Shown: one piece after another, positions 35,724 to 46,031 of the stretch
Layout of the letters: each line of letters starts with the position of its first letter
Position numbering within the stretch: the stretch's first letter is position 1
Assembly: GCF_000281045.1 (NCBI RefSeq)
Contig: NW_008246109.1
Coordinates: forward strand, 412,558 to 476,557
DNA from: Saprolegnia diclina VS20
Taxonomy: Eukaryota
Length of the DNA: 64,000 nt
Direction: 5' to 3'
Position numbers and translations under genes: made by a program
Notes under the pieces: generated by a model
Told to the model about the DNA's origin: nothing
The model's input: the letters and a program-made list of their open reading frames with translations, nothing else
The model's database searches: none

Positions 35724-36214
35724 CCGGACAGGCCTATCCGGACGGGAGAGTGACACGCGATCTTGAGCCGCAAGTTAGTCGCTCCTCTTAGTCGATCCTG
35801 TTGTCCAAGTGCTCGGCAGTACACGCCGATGCGACTGATCAGCAGTACCAAAGGCAGGAATACCCGCGTGTGCTACGTTGTACTAGTGCACTACGCTGGC
35901 TGACAGTTGACGTGGCGACGCGGAGGTGCTGAAAATGTATCCTGCGATCTGTCCCCGCTCGTCTCTACTGAACCGTCGTTCTACGTATAAGAGTCTAGCG
36001 ACTAGAGTGATAGAGTATTCGCTAGAACGCCTCCACTTGCGATAGCTTGCCCCGATCACCTTGTCGACCCCGCCGCGTCACGTGGAACGCGCGACATTGC
36101 ACTTGTTTAGCGCAGAGGGTACAGTTGTATGACAAATTTCCCGCCAACGCAGCTGTTGCGCACGCACCAATTCCTCAGCAGCTCAGAAATCAATCGCCGC
36201 AACCGACCACAATC

Positions 36215-36883
36215 ATGGCACGTCGACTCTCGGACCCGTTCCCGACCCAGCGCTCGGACGATGACTTTTACTCGAGTGATATCGCGTACGACTGGTGCGG
36301 CGAGGCCTTGGAGCTGGAGCGCACGCGGCCGTCGACCGGCCTCCTTCACCTGATTTGGACAAATGGCCGTCTCGGCATCACCTTTGGCACGGACGCGTAC
36401 ACCGGGGCGGTCGTCGTCAAGCGCGTGTCGCCCGACGGCTTTGCGGCGCAGTCGAGTGTGTACCCCGGGTGCCGCCTCGAGTCGGTCAACGGCGTCGACG
36501 TGACGGCGGCCAACTACGACGAGACGATGCTGCTGCTTGCGACGGGCGCCGACTCGGGCAAGCCGCAGCGCCTCTTCTTCAGCCCGCGCCCGGCGCCGCT
36601 CTTTATGCGCAGCGTTTCCCCGACGAGTGCGTTGGCGGTCGCCGGCGTCTCGACCAACCATGCGCTCGCCTCCATCAACGGCACGGACACCACGTACATG
36701 AGCATGGAGGACGCCGAGTTTGTCCTGCGCGAATCCGAAAAGCCGTGCACGCTGCACTTTGCGTGCGTCCAACGGCCGGTGGTTCGATCCCGCGCACGCT
36801 CCAGCGGGTCCCCCACCTCAATCTCGAGCTCGTCGTCGCTGGTCGCTGCTCTCCTCGTCAGCGTTGCGCTCTGCTCCACGTAG
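36215..36883 (+). CDS. PDZ-like domain protein with a C-terminal hydrophobic tail, divergent paralog of 34575-35723
   Basis: WTNGRLGITF, VVVKRV, VYPGCRLESVNGVDV and LASINGTDT...PCTLHF. Ends LVAALLVSVALCST. Shares YxWxGEALxLE with the paralog. Confidence 0.7.
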   Translation: MARRLSDPFPTQRSDDDFYSSDIAYDWCGEALELERTRPSTGLLHLIWTNGRLGITFGTDAYTGAVVVKRVSPDGFAAQSSVYPGCRLESVNGVDVTAANYDETMLLLATGADSGKPQRLFFSPRPAPLFMRSVSPTSALAVAGVSTNHALASINGTDTTYMSMEDAEFVLRESEKPCTLHFACVQRPVVRSRARSSGSPTSISSSSSLVAALLVSVALCST

Positions 36884-36963
36884 TAATCAACGGCGCGTTT
36901 GATATCTACAAAACCCTCTCTGTAACCCAAACAAGTTGTCTTTTTAAATAGTACTAGTAGATC

Positions 36964-37413
36964 TTAGACGAGACCGCCGGCACGGGCATACGTGTCTGCG
37001 TAGGCGGGCTGGTAGGCCGGCAGCTCGGTCTTCTCGGTCTTTGCAGGCTCGGGCACCTTCGCAAGCCGTCGCCGTCGCTTGAGAAAGCAAAAGACGCCGC
37101 CGCCGACAACGACGAGGACGCCAGCAACGATCGCTACGTAGACGCCTGCCGAGATCTTCGTCTTGGGCTCGGGCTTGCACTCGCACGCGTCGCGCTTGGT
37201 GCTGCAGCGGTCGGCGCCGGCAGGGCAGCAGCACGGCTGCGTCGCGCCAGCGCTGAGCCAATTACCGCAAAACTGCGCGGCTTTTCCTTGGTACGCATCG
37301 CTGCACTGGTTGCTCTGGGCACACTTGTGGCACGGAGTTAGCGGCGCCGGCGTGGGCGCAGCGATCACAGCGAAGAGCAGAGCGCAGACGACCACCAGTC
37401 TAAGCACGACCAT
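36964..37413 (-). CDS. 10-Cys ectodomain single-pass membrane protein, member C
   Basis: Signal peptide, then CHKCAQSNQCSDAYQGKAAQFCGNW...CCCP...C...CEC, a TM segment, KRRRR and a tail with LPAYQPAY. Confidence 0.85.
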   Translation of the reverse strand: MVVLRLVVVCALLFAVIAAPTPAPLTPCHKCAQSNQCSDAYQGKAAQFCGNWLSAGATQPCCCPAGADRCSTKRDACECKPEPKTKISAGVYVAIVAGVLVVVGGGVFCFLKRRRRLAKVPEPAKTEKTELPAYQPAYADTYARAGGLV

Positions 37414-38242
37414 GGAAATGGAAATGTCGCGATGCAGCATGGCCACCCTTTGCCCTGCAGAGGCGCTGCCACGTGCTGGAGAAGAGCGGGTGAGCTTTCG
37501 TGACAGTCTCCAATCAAACTCAAACTCAAAGAGGCACACCCGCACTGCGAAGCTCACGTCACTGCAATTCAGTGTCGCCCATGAGGCATGCCTCCAGCCC
37601 AACAGCCGCAGACGACCGACCGAGCGTCACCGGCGTCGGCGTTGCGACAGAAGACAAGGTCGCAGCTAAGGTCGCAGTGTGCAGTATTACATAGGTAGCC
37701 ATCACTGCCACGTTCTACGTTCGGCGACTGCTTCGCCTTATTGGTGCCGGGACTGAATATTTGGTTGGTTCTACTCGACAGAAACGAAGGCTGCGTTGGA
37801 CCCGGCTCGCTGACGTTTTGGTGGCAAGAACGAAAGTGCGAGGCTTCTGCTGCACGATTGTTCTTGACACGTCGACGCTGCAGATGACAAAGCGCACTCG
37901 TGCGACGCTGCATGGTGATGAATTAGGTCGTCTTCGATCGATGGAAGATTAAAAAATAGAAATTTGAGGAAATGTGCACAGAACGAGGAGGAGGAGGCTG
38001 GGGAGACGCCGCCGCCAAAAGGTCTATCAAAGCTGTGACGTGCGTCGAGTCCATCAAGCACGGGTAGTACGTACTAGGCTACTCGATATGACGGGACTGG
38101 GGTACAGGAAGAGTGTGCGCCTTAGTCGCGCCCCTTCGCTCGACCGTCGACGCAAACCTTCGCAGGAATTCCGGCGCCACCTGTTTAGAGCTAACATCAA
38201 GTCGAAGACTTGAGAAACGGATCTCGTCGATTGTTCCAGCGT

Positions 38243-38259
38243 TCCATTTCCCATTTTGC
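38243..38259 (+). promoter_or_regulatory. Oomycete INR/FPR-like core promoter
   Basis: TCCATTTCCCATTTTG just upstream of the ATG at 38266 matches the YCATTYYNNNWTTY-type consensus. Confidence 0.5.
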
Positions 38260-38265
38260 TCCAGC

Positions 38266-38982
38266 ATGGCAACGCTGCGGAGCTTCGTCCTTCTGTGTCT
38301 CCTCCTGGCGTGCTGCCTCCAGTGCGTTGTCGGCCAAGGCACCACCGCGCCAGCGACGTCGCCTGTGCCGACGAGCCCGCTCGTGCCCGTGACGACCTTG
38401 AGCACATGCCAGGCCTGTGCCAACCTCGGTCAGTGCGGCGCCGCTTACAAGGGCCTGCCAGGCAAGTACTGCGGTCCGTGGCTCTCGGGTGGCGTCAAGC
38501 AGGTCTGCTGCTGCCCGACCGCCGCCACGTGTCGCATCCCGCTCGACGCGAGCGCTTGCGTCTGCGGTGGCAACACGTCGCCTGCGAAAACAACGACGGG
38601 CACACCGTTCTGGGTCTGGATCGCGATCGGCTTTGGCGCGATCTTGCTCGGGTGCGCGTTTTACTATTGCTGCTGCCGCCCGTCATACACGGAAGAAGTT
38701 GTGATCGTGCAGCCCGGGTACGTCGGGCAGCCCGGCGTCATCTACCAGCAACAACCCCAAGTCGTGTACGCGAACGGCGGCGGGTACGGCTACGGCGGGT
38801 ACGGCGGCGCGGACGTCGGCACTGGCTTGGCCGTCGGCGCCACGGCCGGTCTTGTGGGCGGTCTTGCGATTAGCGCCGCCCTGGACGCCGGCCACGGCTA
38901 CGGTGGCGGCTACGGCGGTGGCTACGGTGGCGACTACGGTGGTGGTGATGGCGGCGGCGGTGGCTTTGGCGGCGACTTTTAG
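38266..38982 (+). CDS. 10-Cys ectodomain single-pass membrane protein, member D (Gly/Tyr tail, FGGDF end)
   Basis: Signal peptide, T/P linker, 10-Cys domain, TM PFWVWIAIG, CCC, Q/P/Y-rich region, glycine zipper GATAGLVGGLA, then FGGDF*. Confidence 0.9.
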   Translation: MATLRSFVLLCLLLACCLQCVVGQGTTAPATSPVPTSPLVPVTTLSTCQACANLGQCGAAYKGLPGKYCGPWLSGGVKQVCCCPTAATCRIPLDASACVCGGNTSPAKTTTGTPFWVWIAIGFGAILLGCAFYYCCCRPSYTEEVVIVQPGYVGQPGVIYQQQPQVVYANGGGYGYGGYGGADVGTGLAVGATAGLVGGLAISAALDAGHGYGGGYGGGYGGDYGGGDGGGGGFGGDF

Positions 38983-39573
38983 ATGCGTTGAACTTCTTGC
39001 ACAACTCAACACGAACAACCTTTATTTCGTATCCGGTGTCACGGACATGACGTCAACCCAGGTGGACTAGCCAGGTGTAGTCACAAGTGTAGTACTGGGC
39101 GTAGGACTCTGGCCTGAAATTCAGTTGCTACTGCTCTCGTGGGCTGCCACGTAGTGGACAGAGGCCTCGAAAAAAATTAGTCACAACGAGAAGGAGACAC
39201 GGATGAACTCCATCTCGACGTGCCTTCGGTACAGCCTCCTGTGCAGCTCGGTCAGGAAAGAAATGCGTTGCTGCTTGGGCTGCTTGGTCATGTGGCCGAT
39301 TGTGAAAATTTCTGACGCCGTGCTCGTCCAGCGCGTCTGCTACGCCGACTTCGCACGAAGCCAGATTGGAGAAGAATGTACCCACATCTGGCATCTGGAG
39401 GCTCGCAGCACCTGGATTTGGTCGTGACTCAATCGCATAATCAGTACAAAAGGATGCTATCTATACCACTCCCTCGCCCAGAAAAAAGACATTCATACTT
39501 ACCTAAGCGAATTCCATGGCGCGCCTAATGACGCCGGACCTTTCTGCACCTTTCCCATTTTTCAACTTCGGAC

Positions 39574-40220
39574 ATGCTTCGCAAGTGCTTAGCCCTCGTC
39601 TTCGCCCTTGTGGCCGCCACGTCGATGGCCCAAACCACCGCGCCGGCGACCACCGCAGCGGCGACGACGTCACCCGTGACGCTGCCGCCTGGTGTCTTCA
39701 CTGCGGTGCCGACGCCCATTGCCACTTTGAGCCAGTGCCAAGCCTGCGCCAACCTCGGCCAGTGCAGCGGCGCGTACAACAACCTCCCCGGCAAGTACTG
39801 CGGCAAGTGGCTCTCAAGCGGTATCCAGCAGGTGTGCTGCTGTCCGTCGGCCGCCACGTGCGCGATCCCCGTCAAGGCTGACAAGTGCCAATGCATCGAC
39901 CCGACCAAGGTCAAGACGCAATCGGGCATGCCGTACTGGGCGTGGATCCTCATCGGCATCGGCGCCTTCATTCTTTGCGCCGCCCTCTGCTATTGCTTCT
40001 GCCGCTCAGCGCAGGACGAGCCCGCCGTGTACGTCCAGGAGCCCATGTATGTCAACCAGTACGGCCAGCCCGTCATGGTCAACGGTAACTACGCCAACGC
40101 CGGCGGGTACGGCCCCGGCTATGGCGGTGGCTACGGCGATGGCGGTCTTGCTGCCGGTGTTGCTGTCGGTGCGACGGCGGGTCTTGTCGGCGGCCTCGCG
40201 CTCGGCGCTGCCATGGACGC
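39574..40220 (+). CDS. 10-Cys ectodomain single-pass membrane protein, member E (3' end lies in the gap)
   Basis: Same architecture as member D. Runs into the N-gap after GLALGAAMD. Confidence 0.88.
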
Positions 40221-41011
40221 NNNNNNNNNNNNNNNNNNNNNNNNNNNNNNNNNNNNNNNNNNNNNNNNNNNNNNNNNNNNNNNNNNNNNNNNNNNNNNNN
40301 NNNNNNNNNNNNNNNNNNNNNNNNNNNNNNNNNNNNNNNNNNNNNNNNNNNNNNNNNNNNNNNNNNNNNNNNNNNNNNNNNNNNNNNNNNNNNNNNNNNN
40401 NNNNNNNNNNNNNNNNNNNNNNNNNNNNNNNNNNNNNNNNNNNNNNNNNNNNNNNNNNNNNNNNNNNNNNNNNNNNNNNNNNNNNNNNNNNNNNNNNNNN
40501 NNNNNNNNNNNNNNNNNNNNNNNNNNNNNNNNNNNNNNNNNNNNNNNNNNNNNNNNNNNNNNNNNNNNNNNNNNNNNNNNNNNNNNNNNNNNNNNNNNNN
40601 NNNNNNNNNNNNNNNNNNNNNNNNNNNNNNNNNNNNNNNNNNNNNNNNNNNNNNNNNNNNNNNNNNNNNNNNNNNNNNNNNNNNNNNNNNNNNNNNNNNN
40701 NNNNNNNNNNNNNNNNNNNNNNNNNNNNNNNNNNNNNNNNNNNNNNNNNNNNNNNNNNNNNNNNNNNNNNNNNNNNNNNNNNNNNNNNNNNNNNNNNNNN
40801 NNNNNNNNNNNNNNNNNNNNNNNNNNNNNNNNNNNNNNNNNNNNNNNNNNNNNNNNNNNNNNNNNNNNNNNNNNNNNNNNNNNNNNNNNNNNNNNNNNNN
40901 NNNNNNNNNNNNNNNNNNNNNNNNNNNNNNNNNNNNNNNNNNNNNNNNNNNNNNNNNNNNNNNNNNNNNNNNNNNNNNNNNNNNNNNNNNNNNNNNNNNN
41001 NNNNNNNNNNN
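40221..41011. other. Assembly gap (N run)
   Basis: Run of N. Confidence 1.
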
Positions 41012-41528
41012 GGCAGCAGCTCGGCAAAAATTCCGCACCCATCGACGGACGACAACGCATCGCTCTTCTCAGCGAAGAGCAGAGCGATCCGTGCTCATGC
41101 TGTCCTGTCCAGCGCAGCAAGAAGACGTGGCCGCACTGGAATTCAGTGGCCTCTCCTGCAAACCAAGAGGCCTCCGGTCAAATATGTTGCGACTCAGATC
41201 CCGTCAACGACGCCAGCAACCTCGTTGGACACGTTGCAGAATTCCCGTAGGCAAGTACATTGCACCCAAGTCCCGACGTATTGGAGCTTGGATAGCTCTT
41301 TGCCGTAAGCTTTATCACGCTCCATAACGAACATCGCCCATTGCGATCCATTGCAAGGCAAATGAGAGCGCCGATCAAGTGGGCAGTGTACTCATCTAGG
41401 CGAATTCCAAGAAACGAGGGTCATGTCCACTTGGAGAGCCGTGTCCAACGGCATGGAGAGCGTGACACATGCGGCGCAGGTGCAAGTCCCGGATCCATTC
41501 TGCATCTTCCATCATCTTGCCATCACGT

Positions 41529-42242
41529 ATGACGATGCGCCAGGTGCTACTGATGCTGTGCGCGCTGGTCATGGTGGCTGTCGCGCAGACGACGCCGTCG
41601 ACAACCAACCCCTTCTTGCCCGCGGAGAGCGCGTGCCAGCGCTGCGCCAACACGGGCACGTGCGACCAAGCGTACCGCGGCAACGCAGGCAAGTACTGCG
41701 GCAACTGGCTCGCGCCGCCGAACCTCGCGCGGGCCGTGTGCTGCTGCCCGACCAAGAGCATTTGCGCCATCTCGGCGGACCTCAAGCGCTGCGAGTGCCG
41801 GGAGGAAAAGTCGATTCCGTACTGGGTCTGGATCCTTGTCGCGATTGGTGTCATCCTCATCGGCGTCGGCATTTACTTTTGCTGCTGCCGCCCCACGCCC
41901 ACCCCCGAGACCGTCTACGTGCAGCAAGCCGCGCCCATGTACGTCGAGCAGCCCATGGGCATGTGCGGTGCGCCCGGCCAGCCCGTTTACGTCCAAGGGC
42001 AGCCGATGATGGTCAATGGTGGCTACGGCTACGGCGGCTACGGTCCGGGCTATGGCTACGGTGACGGCGGCCTCGCGGCGGGTGTCGCGGTCGGTGCGAC
42101 CGCGGGTCTTGTTGGCGGCCTTGCACTCGGCGCAGCCATGGACGCGGGCCACGGCTATGGTGGTGGCTACGGCGGCGGCTACGGCGGCGGCTACGGCGGC
42201 GAAGGCGGCGGTGGCGGTGCCACGTTTGGCGGTGACTTTTAA
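41529..42242 (+). CDS. 10-Cys ectodomain single-pass membrane protein, member F
   Basis: CQRCANTGTCDQAYRGNAGKYCGNW...CCCP...C...CEC, TM PYWVWILVAIG and FGGDF*. Confidence 0.9.
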   Translation: MTMRQVLLMLCALVMVAVAQTTPSTTNPFLPAESACQRCANTGTCDQAYRGNAGKYCGNWLAPPNLARAVCCCPTKSICAISADLKRCECREEKSIPYWVWILVAIGVILIGVGIYFCCCRPTPTPETVYVQQAAPMYVEQPMGMCGAPGQPVYVQGQPMMVNGGYGYGGYGPGYGYGDGGLAAGVAVGATAGLVGGLALGAAMDAGHGYGGGYGGGYGGGYGGEGGGGGATFGGDF

Positions 42243-43461
42243 CCCACGAGTAAACTCGAATATCTATTCTGAAAATATTGTTTGAGCACTATGCGGAGGG
42301 AGTCAAGGAGAGAGATTTGCGGGATGCAGGCCTGATTGGGAATTCCGCGTCACGTCATCTCGCAGTCTACAACGGCAAAGTGCATGATCGATCGTAAGCG
42401 GATCGTGGGTACACAAATACACGGCTACGGCGTCGTAATACATTCGTACTCTAGTATGTACTGTACAATGCTGTCTACTAGACCAAGGACTGACGCGATC
42501 ATCCGGCGTGCCACTCTCCAAGATACTGGCACCCACTGACTGGCACCCAAGGAATCCTGCCTTGCACTGCGATGAGCGCTATAGCGTTCAGAAACCATCG
42601 TCATAGCAACGCACCACTCGTGCACGCTGGCTTGTCCCTGCTTGCTTGCAGAGGCCGCCTCGGTGGCATCCGCGATGACGGCCTCGGGCTCTTGACGTGC
42701 CGTATGTAGCGGTGGTCGCCAGCATCCACATCTCCGCCAGGAGGGGACTGACTAGCGTACCGTGCACTAGTAGTGCAGTACGTCTTGTCGCGGCTAATTG
42801 CGCTCGTGCAGCGCAGTTGCGGCGAGTCCTATCTGAGCCTGCAGACACCTCAAAGATTGTCCTTGCGAGTGTGAGGCTGCAAATGGTGTGCCTCCATACA
42901 ACCATTCATATATCCGTGATACAACGGAAATAGTATGACACACCTAATGCCAAAAAGAGGGTCCATTGTCGGCGTTGACAAGAACGTACACCTCGTGCGA
43001 CTATAGAACTGCTAGTATTGGCAACACACTCGAGTCCGAGCGTTTGATATTTCGGGTAGAGGTCTCGCCGTGACCTACGGCCGAGTGACCTGGAGGACAC
43101 ACATGCGTAAGTTGCGCTTAGCACCCGCGTAATGCTTGCGACTCGCTGCGGAGCCGTTGCTTTCGCGAGCTCCAGCAACGAAGAGGGGCGATAAGCTTAC
43201 CTATTTTCTGAGAGCTCTGATTTATTTGGAGCAGCCGCGCGACCGCGAGCTCGTGCAAGGCTGCGCGGTTGCTGACGCTGGAAGCTTGAAGAAGTGGTCC
43301 CTCTTTTTGTCACGGCGCGACAGGGCACAAAATTACACCCGCTGGCGGCACGGATGTGGAAAGATCGTGCAACATTTTAAAAACCTGCATGATACACTTA
43401 TGGTTCGTATACAAATTAAACTTTCAATTAAATCGACCCAAGCAGAATCTCGCACGCTGGA

Positions 43462-43477
43462 GTCATTTTCCGATTTC
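43462..43477 (+). promoter_or_regulatory. Oomycete INR+FPR core promoter
   Basis: GTCATTTTCCGATTTC, ending 8 nt upstream of the ATG at 43485. Confidence 0.6.
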
Positions 43478-43484
43478 GCGTCCG

Positions 43485-44183
43485 ATGCGCAAGTCCATTG
43501 CCTCCTGCCTCCTCCTCTTGGTGGCGCTGCTCGCCACCGTCTGCGCGCAGACGCCGGCGCCGGCGCTTTCGCAGCCCATCGACCAGTGCCTCCAGTGCCA
43601 AACCTACGGCCAGTGCGCGCTCGCCTACAAGAACACGCCCGGCCAGTTCTGCGGCAAGTGGGTCTCGGCCGCCGGTGTCCTCCCGTGCTGCTGCCCCGCC
43701 AACAGCGCCTGCGCCATGCCCAAGGACAGCAAGGCCTGCCTCTGCAAGGAGATGCCGCCCCCGAAGAAGGCGACGCCGTTCTGGGTCTGGATCCTCGTTG
43801 CCATTGGTGTCATCCTCATCGGCGTCGGCATTTACTTTTGCTTTTGCCGCCCGTCGGCCGACGACGAAGTCGTCTTTGTCGAGACGCAGCAGCCCGTGTA
43901 CGTCCAGCAGCCCCAGCCCGTTGTGTATCAGCAGCAGCAGTACGGCCAGCAGCCCGTTGTCTACCAACAGCAGCCCATGTACGTCCAGCACACGGTCGTC
44001 CACGACAACGACGGCGGCATGGGTGTCGGTGCGGGCGTCGCGATCGGCGCTGCGGCGGGTCTCGTCGGCGGTCTTGCTCTGGGTGCTGCCCTTGACAGCG
44101 GTGCTCACGGTGGCGGCGGCGGCGGCTACGGTGGTGGCTACGGTGGTGGCGACGACGAGGGCACCTTTGGCGGCGATTTTTAA
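43485..44183 (+). CDS. 10-Cys ectodomain single-pass membrane protein, member G
   Basis: CLQCQTYGQCALAYKNTPGQFCGKW...CCCP...C...CLC, a TM segment, QQPVVY repeats and FGGDF*. Confidence 0.9.
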   Translation: MRKSIASCLLLLVALLATVCAQTPAPALSQPIDQCLQCQTYGQCALAYKNTPGQFCGKWVSAAGVLPCCCPANSACAMPKDSKACLCKEMPPPKKATPFWVWILVAIGVILIGVGIYFCFCRPSADDEVVFVETQQPVYVQQPQPVVYQQQQYGQQPVVYQQQPMYVQHTVVHDNDGGMGVGAGVAIGAAAGLVGGLALGAALDSGAHGGGGGGYGGGYGGGDDEGTFGGDF

Positions 44184-44457
44184 GCCTCTCGCCCTTCTAT
44201 CCTATAACCTTGCTAAATCTATTTGATCTACATCGACTTGCCTCTCTACTGCCTTCGAGACGAGCTTCTCGCGCGTCATGGGACCAAGCACGAGCGTTCC
44301 AACTACAGTGTATTCTCACGGCAGGTTCACCCAAAATACAGCGCGCGCTGAGTCCGCCCCTGCAGCGTCGCAGACAGGCTCAGCTGACAGGATTGAACTT
44401 TGAGATCCCGCCTTCAATTCCCGCCATCCAGCGTGGGACGCTCTATGGATAACAGTA

Positions 44458-44492
44458 TGGGGTATCTCAGGGGGTATCTGGGGTATCTGGCA
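44458..44492 (+). repeat. Short direct repeat GGGGTATCT x3
   Basis: tggggtatctcagggggtatctggggtatctgg in the spacer between members G and H. Confidence 0.6.
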
Positions 44493-44695
44493 CATGGACA
44501 TGACACATACTTTGTCAGGCGCACGTGATACCACCTCCACGCCTCTAGTCACAGCGTGTGGCCACATCGCGTTCGCTCTTGGAGCAACGAACGGCGGGAA
44601 CTGCGTTCTTATTGCATCCGGTTATCGTAGCAACGGCCATTTTGGTCGCTTCAACGGTCGCGGTTCCGAGCGTGAACTTCGAAAATCGATCGACC

Positions 44696-45328
44696 ATGTC
44701 GCGTCTCGTGCTGGTGCTCGTCGCGCTGCTCTGCGCCGCAGTGCACGCCGCGACTGACACGTGCCAAGTGTGCGCATCTACAGGACAGTGCGACGCGGCC
44801 TACAAGGGCCTACCCGGCAAGTACTGCGGCCCGTGGCTCTCGAGCGGCGTCAAGCAGGTGTGCTGCTGCCCGACCGCCGCAGTCTGTGCCATCCCGCTGC
44901 AAGCCAACGCTTGTCTCTGCAAAGCGCCCCCGCCGGCGCGAGCCTCGTCGTCCGATGCCACACCGACGTACGTTTGGGTGCTCGTCGCGCTTGCTGTTGT
45001 CGCTGGCCTCGCCTGCTTTTGCTGCTGCCGCAGCACCCAACATGCCAGTGATGACAGCTACGTTGCGATTCAATCGACGCCGCAGCCCATGTACGTCCAG
45101 CAGCCCGTCTATATGGCGCCGCAGCCCGTGTACGTGGACCGAGGGCCGGGCGTCGGAACCGGCATGGCCATCGGTGCCGCCGCCGGGCTCATCGGCGGTA
45201 TTGCCATTGGCGAAGCACTCGCTGACCATGGCGACAGTGGCTATGGCGGCGGCTACGGTGATGGCGGCGGCTACGGTGATGGCGGCGGCTACGGCGGCGA
45301 CGGAGGCACGTTCGGCGGCGACTTCTAG
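44696..45328 (+). CDS. 10-Cys ectodomain single-pass membrane protein, member H
   Basis: CQVCASTGQCDAAYKGLPGKYCGPW...CCCP...C...CLC, a TM segment, CFCCC, (GGGYGD)n and FGGDF*. Confidence 0.9.
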   Translation: MSRLVLVLVALLCAAVHAATDTCQVCASTGQCDAAYKGLPGKYCGPWLSSGVKQVCCCPTAAVCAIPLQANACLCKAPPPARASSSDATPTYVWVLVALAVVAGLACFCCCRSTQHASDDSYVAIQSTPQPMYVQQPVYMAPQPVYVDRGPGVGTGMAIGAAAGLIGGIAIGEALADHGDSGYGGGYGDGGGYGDGGGYGGDGGTFGGDF

Positions 45329-45479
45329 CTCTTCAGACCACCACACTCCCAGTTGACCAACAACGCGTATTAGTATGCTTTTACATGACAAGTTGTCACA
45401 ACTTCGGCCGGATGTTCCATGTGGCAATTGTTCCAGCGGTTGTACCCGAGCCAAGTGGTTTGTTTAAAATCAGTCGCCG

Positions 45480-46031
45480 ATGGCGACGCCAGTAGCGCGT
45501 CTCGTCCTACTGGGGACGCTGCTGCCGGTGCTTGCGATAGACGGCTGCGCCCGCTGTGCTCGCACGGGTGACTGCACTGCCGCGTACGACGGTAGGCCCG
45601 GTGTCTTTTGCTCCACAGCCGCGGGTCACTGCTGCTGTCCGGCAGCCAGCGCCTGCATGGCTCCCACCGCTGAATGTTCCATGTGCGTTTGTCAAGCGCC
45701 TCGTCAGTTGCTGCGCCTCTTGCCGGACGACCCGTCTTGCGTTGTGCTTGGCGTCGTCGTCTTCTGCGTCGCAATCTTTCTCATCCTGCCGCTAGTCTGC
45801 TCGATGTGCTGCTACTGCTACGATCCCGCCGGGACGCTCGTCGCCAAGCTACGCGACCTCCAGCCAAGCGCGTACGAGCCGCCAGACGTCGCGGCCGTGC
45901 TAGCATTAACAAGAGTGCATCGTGAGTCGGCGCATCCAAAGGTCGATGACATAATTGAGCACACTCGTCTTGTTCTCTGTGCCAGAGCTCGTGGCTGGAC
46001 CAGGGATGGTGAGTATGGGCCATTTTCGTAA
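45480..46031 (+). CDS. Divergent Cys-rich family member I; its last codons derive from the inserted hAT element
   Basis: Signal peptide, then CARCARTGDCTAAYDGRPGVFC...CCCP...C...CVC, a TM segment and CCYC. The stop lies inside the element starting at 46001. Confidence 0.75.
   Translation: MATPVARLVLLGTLLPVLAIDGCARCARTGDCTAAYDGRPGVFCSTAAGHCCCPAASACMAPTAECSMCVCQAPRQLLRLLPDDPSCVVLGVVVFCVAIFLILPLVCSMCCYCYDPAGTLVAKLRDLQPSAYEPPDVAAVLALTRVHRESAHPKVDDIIEHTRLVLCARARGWTRDGEYGPFS

Noticed and set aside
39128..39427. Minus-strand fragment with TRWTST, resembling the hAT TRWNST motif
   Set aside because: It is a single short motif between stops, with no other transposase features or TIRs.
38896..45300. 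GGCGGCTAC-type tandem repeats as a CRISPR array or satellite
   Set aside because: They are in-frame Gly/Tyr coding repeats within the Cys-family tails. There is no spacer structure, and the DNA is eukaryotic.
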